Positions 11,899 through 22,327 of a DNA stretch of 64,000 nt are shown in pieces; the first letter of the stretch is position 1; each line of letters begins with the position of its first letter. Below the pieces are notes generated by a model. It was given only the letters and a program-made list of their open reading frames with translations. It was not told the origin of the DNA and made no database searches. The position numbers and the translations under genes were made by a program. Source of the stretch: Anolis carolinensis (lineage: Eukaryota); NCBI RefSeq assembly GCF_035594765.1, contig NC_085841.1, positions 346,651,402-346,715,401 of the forward strand, read 5' to 3'.

Positions 11899-14800
11899 TT
11901 ACTCCCCAAAGGCACATCGGAAAAGCCATGTTTTTAGATCTTTCTTAAAGGCTAACAAGGTGGGGGCTTGCCTAATCTCAGTGGGCAATGAATTCCACAG
12001 TCGGGGGGCCACAGCAGAAAAAGCCCTCTCCCTCGTTCCCACAAGACGGGCCTGGGACAGAGGCAGTGGCGAAAGAAGGGCCTCCCCGGATGAGCGGAGG
12101 GAACGAGCAGGTTTATGGTAGGAGATACGGTCCCTAAGGTAGGTGGGTCCCAAACCGTTTAGGGCTTTATAGATGATGGTCTGCACCTTGAATTGGGACC
12201 GGAAAGTGAACGGCAGCCAGTGGAGCTCTTTAAACAGGGGAGTAGATCGTTCCCTGTAGCTCGCCCCTGTTATTAATCTGGCTGCCAAGCGCTGGACCAA
12301 TTGTAGTTTCCGGGCCGTCTTCAAGGGAAGCCCCACGTAGAGCGCATTACAGTAGTCCAGTCTAGAGGTAACTAAGGCATGCACCACCGTGGTCAAGTCA
12401 GACTTCACGAGGTATGGTCGCAGTTGGCGCACAAGTTTGAGTTGTGCGAAAGCCCTCCCGGCCACCGCCGACACCTGAGCCTCAAGCGTCAACGCTGAAT
12501 CCAGGAGGACCCCCAAACTGCGGACCTGTGATTTCAGGGGGAGTGCAACCCCGTCCAGCACAGGTTGCCACCCAATACCCCGATCAGATGGGCGACTGAC
12601 CAGGAGGGCCTCTGTCTTGTCAGGATTGATCCTCAGCTTGTTCCTCCTCATCCAGTCCGCCACAGCGGCCAGGCACTGGTTCAGAATCCGAGGGGCTTCC
12701 TTGGAGTTAGATGGAAATGAGTAGTGGATTTGCGTGTCATCTGCGTAGAGATGGCAACACCCTCCAAAACTCCGGATGACCTCTCCCAACGGTTTCATGT
12801 AGATGTTAAATAGCATAGGGGATAAAATAGACCCTTGCGGGACCCCACAGGTCAATGGCCAGGGGTCCGAGCAGGTGTCCCCCAGCTTCACCCTCTGGGA
12901 ACGACCCTCCAGGAAGGACTGGAGCCACAGCAGAACCGTGCCACCGAGCCCCATCCCGGCGAGCCTCCCCAGAAGGATACTATGGTCGATGGTATCGAAA
13001 GCCGCTGAGATGTCCAAGAGAACCAGCAGGGTCACACTCCCCCTGTCCAGCTCCCTGCGGAGGTCATCCACCAGGGCGACCAAAGCCATCTCGGTGCTGT
13101 GCCCAGGCCTGAAGCCAGACTGCGAGCGGTCCAGAAAATCAGTGTCATCGAGAAATTCCTGGAGCTGCGTGGCAACCACCCGCTCCAGAACCTTGCCCAA
13201 AAACGGGAGGTTGGAGATTGGTCTGTAGTTGTTACAAATAGATGGGTCAAGCGAAGGCTTTTTTAGTAGTGGTTTTACTACCGCCTGCTTAAAGTAGGAT
13301 GGCACCGACCCCTGAACCAAAGAAGCATTTATTATGGTCACAAACCAATCCAACAACCCATCTTTGGCCAGCTTGACCAGCCAAGAGGGACAAGGATCCA
13401 GAGCGCAGGTGGTCGCCCTCACAGACCCAAGAATCCCCTCCACGTCATCAGGAAGAACAAGCCGGAAAGAATCCCATAAGATCGAACAGACAGGTACCTC
13501 GGTTACCTCCGCTGAGACCACAATTGAGCTGGAGTCTAGCTCAAGGCGTATCTGAGCAACTTTGCCTGCAAAGTGGTGCGCGAAATCGCTGCACCCAGTT
13601 GCCAAGTCATCGGGAAGCCCCTGGACCTCAGGAGGCCGCAGGAGCTCCCCCACAACTCGGAACAACTCCGATGGCCTGTTGGCTGCAGACGCTATGCGGG
13701 CAGTCGTGAAAACTTTCCTGGCTGCTCGCAGAGCCACGGAGTACGCCTTAATAGCGGCTTTAGCCCGTGCTTGGTCGGACACGTCCCGAGATTTCCTCCA
13801 GATGCACTCTAGTCCCCTCCTCCTACGCTTCATCACAGCCAACTCCTCGGTAAACCAAGGAGTCGACGCGACTCTACGCAGTGAGAGGGGACGTTCGGGA
13901 GCGATCGTGTCCAATGCCCTTGATAGCTCACTATTATAGCGATCAACCAGGACATCGACAGGATCGCCAGTCTCCAGGACAGGAAGATCCCCAAGAGACC
14001 TCAGAAGTCCATCCGGATCCATCAGTCTCCTGGGGCGGACCATCTTAATGGGTCCACCACCCCTGCGGAGGTTAGAAGGCACGGCGATACTTAAACAGAT
14101 CAGATGATGGTCAGACCATGACAATGGAAGAATGTTTTGCTCTTCCACTCTGACTGTCCCACCGTCCACAATAAAAACAAGGTCCAAGGTGTGTCCTGCC
14201 TGATGTGTGGGCCCAGATATAACTTGAGACAGCCCCATGGTTGTCATGGCAACCATGAAATCCTGAGCTGCACCTGTCAATGTGGTCTCGGCATGAATGT
14301 TAAAGTCTCCCAAAACTATCAGTTGTTGGGAGACAAGGGCCGCATTGGAGACCACTTCTGCTAGCTCGGACAGAGAGACTGCTGGGTCGCGGGGTGGACG
14401 GTACACCAACAGAATCCCCAAGCTGTCTCGGGCTCCCACCTTCAGGAAGACACACTCGAACCTCGGGGATTGTGGAACGGCGCATCTGATCAGGGCGATG
14501 GACTGCCGAAAGATCACCGCAACTCCTCCTCCCCGCCCCCCAACTCTGGCCTGTTGATGCACCCCGAAACCAGGAGGACACAGCTGGGTAAGATTCACAC
14601 CTCCCAGCTCATCCAGCCATGTCTCAGTGATGCATGCCAGATCTGCCCTCTCATCCAGGATCAAATCCTGGATGACAGCTGTTTTACCATTGACAGATCT
14701 GGCGTTCAAAAGCAAGACCTTAAGGTTGGGGGGTCTGTCCTGAAGACTACCACACCTAATCCTCTCCAGGGTCGCAAAAACTCTGTTGCGCTTCTCCCTG

Positions 14801-14916
14801 GGTTGGTGGTGACCGTGCTTTCTCCTCCCCCATATCACCTCAATGGAGCCACCTCCAGTCAAGCCCTCCTCCCCCTGATGGAAGAACTGGGCGGAATTGC
14901 CAGTTGCCGGGACTAG
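11899..14916 (-). CDS. L2 ORF2: AP-endonuclease plus reverse transcriptase; the open frame starts right after the ORF1 stop and has no 5' AUG
   Basis: APE motifs NARS, TETWL, GGGVA, YRPP, GDFN, HTLD, SDH. RT motifs YRPISNL, QSGFR, DISAAFDTIDH, GVPQGSILSP, YADD. L2-type C-terminus (SRLDYCN...LHWLP...FSAVAPRLWNSLP...FKKDLKTWLF). The track start at 14862 is TTG; the frame is open back to 14916. Confidence 0.95.
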   Translation of the reverse strand, partial: LVPATGNSAQFFHQGEEGLTGGGSIEVIWGRRKHGHHQPREKRNRVFATLERIRCGSLQDRPPNLKVLLLNARSVNGKTAVIQDLILDERADLACITETWLDELGGVNLTQLCPPGFGVHQQARVGGRGGGVAVIFRQSIALIRCAVPQSPRFECVFLKVGARDSLGILLVYRPPRDPAVSLSELAEVVSNAALVSQQLIVLGDFNIHAETTLTGAAQDFMVAMTTMGLSQVISGPTHQAGHTLDLVFIVDGGTVRVEEQNILPLSWSDHHLICLSIAVPSNLRRGGGPIKMVRPRRLMDPDGLLRSLGDLPVLETGDPVDVLVDRYNSELSRALDTIAPERPLSLRRVASTPWFTEELAVMKRRRRGLECIWRKSRDVSDQARAKAAIKAYSVALRAARKVFTTARIASAANRPSELFRVVGELLRPPEVQGLPDDLATGCSDFAHHFAGKVAQIRLELDSSSIVVSAEVTEVPVCSILWDSFRLVLPDDVEGILGSVRATTCALDPCPSWLVKLAKDGLLDWFVTIINASLVQGSVPSYFKQAVVKPLLKKPSLDPSICNNYRPISNLPFLGKVLERVVATQLQEFLDDTDFLDRSQSGFRPGHSTEMALVALVDDLRRELDRGSVTLLVLLDISAAFDTIDHSILLGRLAGMGLGGTVLLWLQSFLEGRSQRVKLGDTCSDPWPLTCGVPQGSILSPMLFNIYMKPLGEVIRSFGGCCHLYADDTQIHYSFPSNSKEAPRILNQCLAAVADWMRRNKLRINPDKTEALLVSRPSDRGIGWQPVLDGVALPLKSQVRSLGVLLDSALTLEAQVSAVAGRAFAQLKLVRQLRPYLVKSDLTTVVHALVTSRLDYCNALYVGLPLKTARKLQLVQRLAARLITGASYRERSTPLFKELHWLPFTFRSQFKVQTIIYKALNGLGPTYLRDRISYHKPARSLRSSGEALLSPLPLSQARLVGTRERAFSAVAPRLWNSLPTEIRQAPTLLAFKKDLKTWLFRCAFGE

Positions 14917-15870
14917 TCAACTGTCCTGGAAAGGAAAGCCTCCAAAAGTGCTTGTTTGTTTACAAAAGGAGCTTCTCTCCATTAATGGGAGAGAGGAGTC
15001 GATTGATTTGGCCTCATCATGAATAGTAAGCCGACTAGACAAGAGTGGAGACTTGTTGTGGGACTGGGGGGTAGAACAAGCACGACTTCGCAGTGGGGAA
15101 TCTTGAACATCCATACTCGGCCCGATGTCCAAGGGGCGAATTAGTGGGTCTACTAGCACCCTCCTAAGAGTGATGCCCCACTGTTGCAGTTTAGGCCCAC
15201 ACAAATACAATTTATCCCTTAATATTTTATCTTCCAAGCCGATGATAAGACACAGGGAGCGGTTCCAGGATTGGTACTCCCTACAAAGCCAGTCGATAGT
15301 CTTAATCTTCACTTCCGACCGGCTTATGGATAAAATTTGAGAGAGAGATATCTGGACCGCTCGCTTAGAAGTCCACCTGCCTCTATTCAATAATGAGTCT
15401 GAAACTTCCACTGCAACCTTATTTGTTCGTAAAAGATGTTGAGAATTGCAGGAAGTAACCAAAGATTGTTCGACCAATTTAGAGGACAGCTCATTATTCG
15501 GCTTCTGCAGGGCATTGTTGGTATCCTTCCTATCCATCCTCCCCATGCTCATTCCCACAGATAAGGCCCCACCCCCCTTTCTAGTTACTCCAAGGCCTGA
15601 TCCGACGACTACCTTCTCCTCCTTAGGCTTAATTCCCCCATGGCCTTCCAGAGAGCTTAATTCCTTATTCATGTTAATGGGCCTGGTTGATATAGTTGTT
15701 ATAATGTCCGTAGGAGAAGGATTTTTTACAATCAGGGAAATTCCTTTGAAGAGATGGTCAAGTTTCAAGTTCAGAATTTCCAGCTGTTGCAAGACGGTAT
15801 TGAATGATTTTCCCAGCAGATCACATAGGTTTGCGAGTTCATTCTTCCCTGAAGTTTCCTTCCAACTCAT
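14917..15870 (-). CDS. L2 ORF1 (317 aa), putative nucleic-acid chaperone
   Basis: ATG-started 317-aa ORF directly upstream of ORF2. It has an N-terminal leucine-rich heptad-like segment and a C-terminal alpha/beta region reminiscent of LINE ORF1 RRM domains (inference). Confidence 0.8.
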   Translation of the reverse strand: MSWKETSGKNELANLCDLLGKSFNTVLQQLEILNLKLDHLFKGISLIVKNPSPTDIITTISTRPINMNKELSSLEGHGGIKPKEEKVVVGSGLGVTRKGGGALSVGMSMGRMDRKDTNNALQKPNNELSSKLVEQSLVTSCNSQHLLRTNKVAVEVSDSLLNRGRWTSKRAVQISLSQILSISRSEVKIKTIDWLCREYQSWNRSLCLIIGLEDKILRDKLYLCGPKLQQWGITLRRVLVDPLIRPLDIGPSMDVQDSPLRSRACSTPQSHNKSPLLSSRLTIHDEAKSIDSSLPLMERSSFCKQTSTFGGFPFQDS

Positions 15871-16812
15871 TTCCTGTTACCTTCTCAGAGAACCTTCCTA
15901 TAGTATACCACTCTACTCTTTCAAGAATTAACACCACGTTCCGTTCAAGCTTTCATTCAACAGTACATCCACCAACATACACAAACCATCAATTCACATT
16001 CTAGAGCCATCAATTACCAAACAGTAAACTCACGGTACTCTCCAATCCTATGTGATCACTTCCTATGACATTAATACCAGGTTAAAAACCTGCCCCCTCT
16101 CACGACCAAAACTACTTCCCTGAATTAAGTTAAAAGCTTTCTCACTCCCGACTCTGTTAACACACACACACAAACACGTACACACACACCAAAAAAAAAA
16201 AAAAGAAGCCAGGCTGTAAACACTCAGAGTCTTATAGAAGCTGCTTCATACAGGTCCACCCAATTGAGGATATCTCGAGGCCTCCTGGTTCGATGTAAAT
16301 GCAGTAGAGCAGAGCTGATGAGGTTGTCTTCCCCCGTAACACGACCTCCAGTGCCAGAGGAAAAACGCTGGAATGGCGGACGGGCTACTTCCTCCCTCCT
16401 CCTCTCCTCCGCGATCCTCTACAGCCTTCAAACAGCTCCAACAACTCTCAGGGTAGGCCCGAAAGCCCCAAGGCACAGCGCTGAAAGAGCTGCGGGAGGC
16501 CGCCCAGTCCGGAGCGGTCCCCGGAGGCCGATTCTCTTTAGCACGTCCGAGAGAGGGCTGGAGGTGGCCGCCCGGTTCGGCGCGGCCTCCACGGGCCTAG
16601 TTATTACAAGGCCGGAAAGAGGTTGGAGGAGGCCACCCGGTCCGGCGTGGCCTCCAAAGGCCTAGATTCTCTTCGAGGCTGAGTGAAGGCTACAGGAAGC
16701 CGCCCGGTTCGGCGCGGCTTCCAGAGGCCTCGTTGTTTTCTGATGGCTGAAGGGGGGGGGCTAGGAGAGGCCACCCGATTCGAAGCTGCCTCCAGAGGGC
16801 GAGGGTGGTCAC

Positions 16813-17311
16813 CGGAGGCCGAGGCAGGAGCTGAAAAGAAAGCCTCCAAGGCTGGTAAGAGCACTCGGGGAGGCAGCCCGGTTCGGCGCTGCCTCCAGAG
16901 GGTGCGGGTGGTCGTCGGAGGCCGAGGCAGGAGCTGAAAAGAAGGCCTCCAAGGCTGGTAAGAGCACTCGGGGAGGCAGCCCGGTTCGGCGCTGCCTCCA
17001 GAGGGTGCGGGTGGTCGTCGGAGGCCGAGGCAGGAGCTGAAAAGAAGGCCTCCAAGGCTGGTAAGAGCACTCGGGGAGGCAGCCCGGTTCGGCGCTGCCT
17101 CCAGAGGGTGCGGGTGGTCGTCGGAGGCCGAGGCAGGAGCTGAAAAGAAGGCCTCCAAGGCTGGTAAGAGCACTCGGGGAGGCAGCCCGGTTCGGCGCTG
17201 CCTCCAGAGGGTGCGGGTGGTCGTCGGAGGCCGAGGCAGGAGCTGAAAAGAAGGCCTCCAAGGCTGGTAAGAGCACTCGGGGAGGCAGCCCAGTTCGGCG
17301 CTGCCTCCAGA
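16813..17311. repeat. 103-bp tandem repeat, ~5 near-identical copies, in the L2 5' UTR
   Basis: The anchor CTGAAAAGAA recurs at 16831, 16934, 17037, 17140 and 17243, a period of exactly 103 bp. Confidence 0.95.
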
Positions 17312-17658
17312 GTTGAGGACGAGACCGGGGAGAGGCCACCCGGTTCGGCGTGGGCTCAGATAAACAGAAGAGAGCTGGGAGCGATCGTCCGGCTCCCCCC
17401 CAATGCTCACCACCACCGTCGGGACTCTCAGATCGGGCAGCCGGAATGGCGGCCGGGCTTCTCCTCTCCCTCCTGGACTTCTGCAGCTCCGTCGGCGGCT
17501 CCTACAGCCCTTGCAGTAAGGCCACGTTTCCAGAGTTAGCCAGCAGCCTCACCCCTCTAATAGCAGCCGGTTGGGGGTATGGTGGGGCCGTATAACAGGG
17601 ATAAGTGGCGGTATTTTTGCTCCTCGTCGGCGGAGCTAGTCACGGAGGCTGTTTTCAT

Positions 17659-17670
17659 GCCGCCATCTTG
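17659..17670 (-). promoter_or_regulatory. YY1 consensus motif CAAGATGGCGGC at the L2 5' terminus (internal Pol II promoter candidate)
   Basis: Exact match to the extended YY1 consensus, within a few nt of the element boundary and at the edge of a CpG island. Confidence 0.65.
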
Positions 17671-17947
17671 CCTCTATCATTCCACACCCAGAATCTTCCC
17701 TTTCTCTTTTGCCAGTATCCTGGCATAATGGCAACTGCAAGTAATATGGTATCTCTTCTGGTCACTGTTTTGGAGAGGATACTGTCGGCCGGGGTTTATT
17801 TTAAGTTGGGAATTTTAATCTGCATTTCCATCAGTGGATTTTAACTTGTATCTCGTTTATGTCTTTTAATAGTGTTTTATCCCTTGTTTTAATAATGTTG
17901 TATCCCACCTTGAGCTGCAGGGAGAGCCAGGCAATACATCAATCATT

Positions 17948-17989
<42 letters not shown>

Positions 17990-19741
17990 GGGATCCTCTG
18001 GATTCACACTTCACTTAACATGCCCCCCTTTGTGGAGAAACTAAAAAATATCTAATATATCAGGCAGTAAAATGTAGACTGTTGAATGGGAAAGACGTCA
18101 TTTTATGAGCTAGAACTGTGGTCATTAATTTTACAGTTTTTTGAAGCATGTCATCCTCTTCTCTGAAACTACAAAAACATGACCTTCCAGGTTTTTTAAT
18201 GCTCTATTAAATTAGTGAGTTGTATCTGTTACTGCAATATTTTCCACTTCAAAAGAATAGTGAAGGTAGCCCATGGATCTGAAGGGATTTTGGTCATTGT
18301 TAAAATAAAATGAATTTGAATGAGATACCTTCAAATATAGATTCACATATATATGAAATCAAAATCCAGGAAGGAGTTTTGGTGTACACCTGTGCAGTAG
18401 TTTCATTTTCAGAATACACAGAACTTTTAGAGTACACTATTAGACAAGTGTCTTGCTCCTTTTCTTTCTAAATATTCTCTATATCAGGATAAAAGAGCTT
18501 GAAGAAGGATTCCGTGAGTTATTTTTGGATACCCTCAAAAGTCACTCATCTACTTTACTGCTGTTAACGGAGAAAAGACATGCGTGCTCCACTAAAGAGA
18601 GCCCTATAAATTAGACATGACTTTTTGTCCCATTTTTGGAAATTAATTGCAGACTGAAATGATTTTTTTAAGTATTTCTGATGATAGTTTCATAAAGGGA
18701 GTTGCTGCTTCTGCTTTCTGTCCACTCAGTATTCCTTGTGAATTTATAGATATACATAAATACATCACTTTCATTGTACAATGTGTCTGATGATATAAAC
18801 CTTGCCGTTGAAATCTGCGACTTCGTGTATTTTGCTTTGCGAGTTTTGTTATAGTGGGATATCATATAACTTTACAGTTAGGACAGTATGACTGAATTGA
18901 TGACAGTAATGTTGATGAATAAGGCCTGAGGATTTCCAGACAATGTTTTCATGCAACATGGACAGCCAGTTCAGCCTATAAACATTGCCCACAAAGCATT
19001 AACTAATGGTTCAACAGAAACCAAACATGACCTTGAATTGTTATTGCTTCAATTACTCAAAAAATAAAAATGTAATTACTGCTTTTCAGTAAATATTTTG
19101 GTATTACAGTATTAGAATTGTAAATGTCTTAATAGCATTAACACCTAAGTCACTATAAGGCACTCCCAAAAGTTTGAAATCTTACTGTTCCTAGCATTAG
19201 AAGTGGGGTTAGAAATTCTATGTTATAGTTTAGCTTTCTTATTTGTATAATCTCTCTGATATTATAATACAATGACCTATGGTTGTAAGCAATTAAAACT
19301 CGAACAGAATTACTCCTTATAGTGGGAATAAAAGAACCAAGAACTCAAATAATATCCCCCAGAGTAGTTTGTTTCCAATTATCCTCTCCCAACTATGGGA
19401 ACATTGAAGTAATGAGATATAACTGGGACAATCACACCAATAATGATTTTACATATTTGGGGTGAAAAGGAAATGAGGATATAATGAAGTTGGATCCCAA
19501 AAGCAATGTAACAATGGGGGATGAAGTTTACTTATATAACACAAGCAATGCTTTCTCATTGATTTTAAAGGACATTTTAAGAGGAAATTTTACATTAATT
19601 TATTATATTACAGACCTTTTGCTTATCAATCAGAACGTCACTGCCTAAAGTAACAAAAAGTAACGGGCAACACAACAAGTAATTTTAAAAACATAAGCCA
19701 CACAAGAGATAAGTAGAGTTTGATTGATATTCAGGTGCTAA

Positions 19742-19763
19742 TATAATAATAATAATAATAATA

Positions 19764-19811
<48 letters not shown>
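19742..19811. repeat. Head-to-head (AAT)n/(TTA)n microsatellite
   Basis: Read directly from the sequence. Confidence 0.9.
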
Positions 19812-20184
19812 TTTATCTCTTGCCCATTTCTCCTCATGGTTTGAGGTAGGTTACAGAATAAAATGTGTAGCACAGAGCTAGAAAAGGTTTCTTTTTTACT
19901 AGGACAACCTGCCAACATGGCCAGATTTTCAGATCTAAAGACTGATTTAGTTATATGGGATAATTTAAGTAGGGTTCTGTACCATTTGGTCAAAAATTTT
20001 CATTGTGTTTCTCTGGTCCTAATATGTTTAATTTAATTGAAATTCAGTTTCAATTTATAGAATTGTATATCTCGACACTGGTGTTAAAATCTGGAGAGAG
20101 AGACGGTTCCTACCCATAGTACTGGAACCTAGAATATGATTATTACCCTATTTGCACAGTGTATTCTAAGATATATTTTCAACC

Positions 20185-20392
20185 TAGAGGCATCAGATCC
20201 TGTTGAAACTCAGAAGCCAGGTAAGATCAAGCACAGTTAGAACTTGGAAGAGAGACCACTGTGGAATACCAGGTTCTAAAGGTCATTAAAAAAAAATAAT
20301 AATAACGGGAAACTACCCCTTGAGCATTTATTGCTTAAGAAACCCTATGAAATTTATGGGGTTAAACTAGAGCAAATGAAGACTTGAAGAAA
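20185..20392 (+). mobile_element. 5S-derived SINE with RTE-like tail (5S-Sauria-like)
   Basis: 5S-like head plus the AAGAAACCCTATGAAATT tail. Same family at 37722-37937 and 56222-56442. Confidence 0.7.
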
Positions 20393-22327
20393 TCTAGAAC
20401 ATATAGGCACCACCATTGCTAGAAATTTGTAGGTCATCTAGTGCAATACCGTGGTCAATTTCAACCAAATGTAGACCACAGAAATGTACTAGATGACTTA
20501 CAAATGCACAGGTAAGTGTTATCTCAGATTAAAAAAAACAACGATTAAACATTTTATTTATATTTACATTTTTCCACTTTCAGTGGGGGTCAACTTGTGG
20601 CTTTCCGGATGTTGTTGACTTCAACCTCCATCCTGATTCCATAGCCTTCACAAATGTGGATGACTGCTCTATTTGTAGAATGTCAGCATACAGCTAGCAT
20701 ATATTTTAACATTTTGGCAAAGCATGCAACTGAAAGGGATTTTTTCTGTCTGAGAAGAAAAGTAGTTAAAATCTTCAGGCAGTACTCAGTGATATAAAAT
20801 GCAGAGATTTTATAAAGTATGTTGGCTGATTAAAGCATTAACTGGTTGAACAATCGTGGAACTGCCAAGTAGGGCACAGCTGGTGTTTGAATTCTGCTTG
20901 GCTTGCCAGGAAACCCATGACTCCCTTTCTAGTTATGGCTAGTAGAACTCCCGTGGGCTACAATGGCTCACTGGACACCATAGGTTGATACTGGAACAAC
21001 ATGAATGACCTTGAAAGACAGTTTGTCCCAGGAAAGTAAAGAGCGGGAAATCCAAAACCCTGGAGATAGTCAGTGGTGGCCAACTGGTGGCTCTCCAGAT
21101 GTTGTTGACTGCAACCGCCATCAACCCTCCAGCACAGCCAGTGGTAATAAATGAGCAAAGTCATGGTCCAAAAGCATTTGGAGGACCGACTAATACTAGA
21201 TGATATTGAACTAGATGGAACAAGGCTTGGCTCGGTGTAATGCAGCTTTCTACATTCCTATGATTCTCCCCTTGCATCGCTAACAGGATGTTTTGCCAAC
21301 ATAGCTTCTCCTTCACCTTCATTACAACACACTCCATTAACTCTAATTCTAAGCATCTTGGCTGGCTTGGTTCTGAAAACGCAATGTGAGACCAACTAAT
21401 TCAGGGCTTTGAAGTCCACAGGGTTGTCTCATTAGGTCTGTCACCAAATACATTTCTTGAACAACATGTTTCACTTTTCAATCAAATCTAATAAGGTAGT
21501 ACAACAGTCAAAAGAGGGATAAAGCTTTTTAATTACCCCTGTAAAATCTTCCTTATGTGTTCCTCAGATACCTCATGTACTGATAAACACATTACCCATT
21601 AGGATGTGCTTGGTAACAAAGTTTTAAAAGATTATAGAGGGGGAAAATCCCTAAATTATTATTAACAGACAAGAACTAATAGCACAGCAAGCGAATGCAA
21701 TATGATTCTAAAAAGTCCTTGGGTATGCTTTGTTGGTGTGTTTGCACACAAAGAAGTGATATTGTTATTATCTTTCCCACTTTTCATTAGCAGAGATTAC
21801 TCTTATCCAGCCTTACAAAAATATTTTGAAATAAGCATCCTTCATTGCTGCTTTCCAGTCCCTTGAGTAATGTAACTCAGGATGTAAAAATGTGTTCCTA
21901 TTTTTATTACATTTGGGTTTTTTTCTGCCAATAAATGGTACCCAATATAAGATAGCTGTGAAAAAATCAATTACAGTAAGACCGCTGTGTATCTGTGGGC
22001 GATATGTTCCCAGCCAAACTGCATTTACATGAAACTGCAGATGCGATCCACCATTAAATTACCTCACTTCCAGTCCCAGCTTATTATAGAATTGTGTTAT
22101 AGGAACTACAGATTTCTAAGATATTCTCTCTAAGTATTTGCTAGGTCTTCCAAGTCTGGTAACTTCCAGACGAAGTATGCCATAGAATTGTTGGAGGACC
22201 TAGAAATCCCTGGAAAGAATATTCCCTCTCCCCAGACACAGGTTAGGGATTTCCAGAGTTACAGGGGTCTTACTTTGTCAAAAAGCTTTAAATAGAAGGA
22301 CGATAGAAAGAGAAATGTAAATGAATA

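Larger units (their letters stand above)
11570..17676 (-). mobile_element. Full-length L2-clade LINE (~6.1 kb): CpG-rich 5' UTR, ORF1, ORF2, 3' stem-loop and (TTA)n tail
   Basis: Intact APE+RT ORF with an upstream ORF1. The 3' end reads GTAAGCCGCCCCGAGTCCCC...GGGGAGATGGTGGCGGGGTATAAATAAA followed by (TTA)n. GC and CpG content drop sharply at ~17675. Possible 4-bp TSD TCAT (11566-11569 / 17677-17680). Confidence 0.93.

Noticed and set aside
12803-15931. Plus-strand ORFs antisense to L2 ORF1/ORF2
   Set aside because: These are shadow ORFs of a GC-rich coding strand with no independent support.
16813-17311. CRISPR-like appearance (palindromic repeats at regular spacing)
   Set aside because: This is eukaryotic DNA, the spacers are identical tandem copies, and there are no cas genes; it is a LINE 5' UTR array.
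16604-17416. Overlapping 126-270-aa ORFs across the 103-bp repeat (possible ORF0)
   Set aside because: They have non-ATG starts, the period is not a multiple of 3, and GC-rich repeats often lack stops. There is no recognisable domain.
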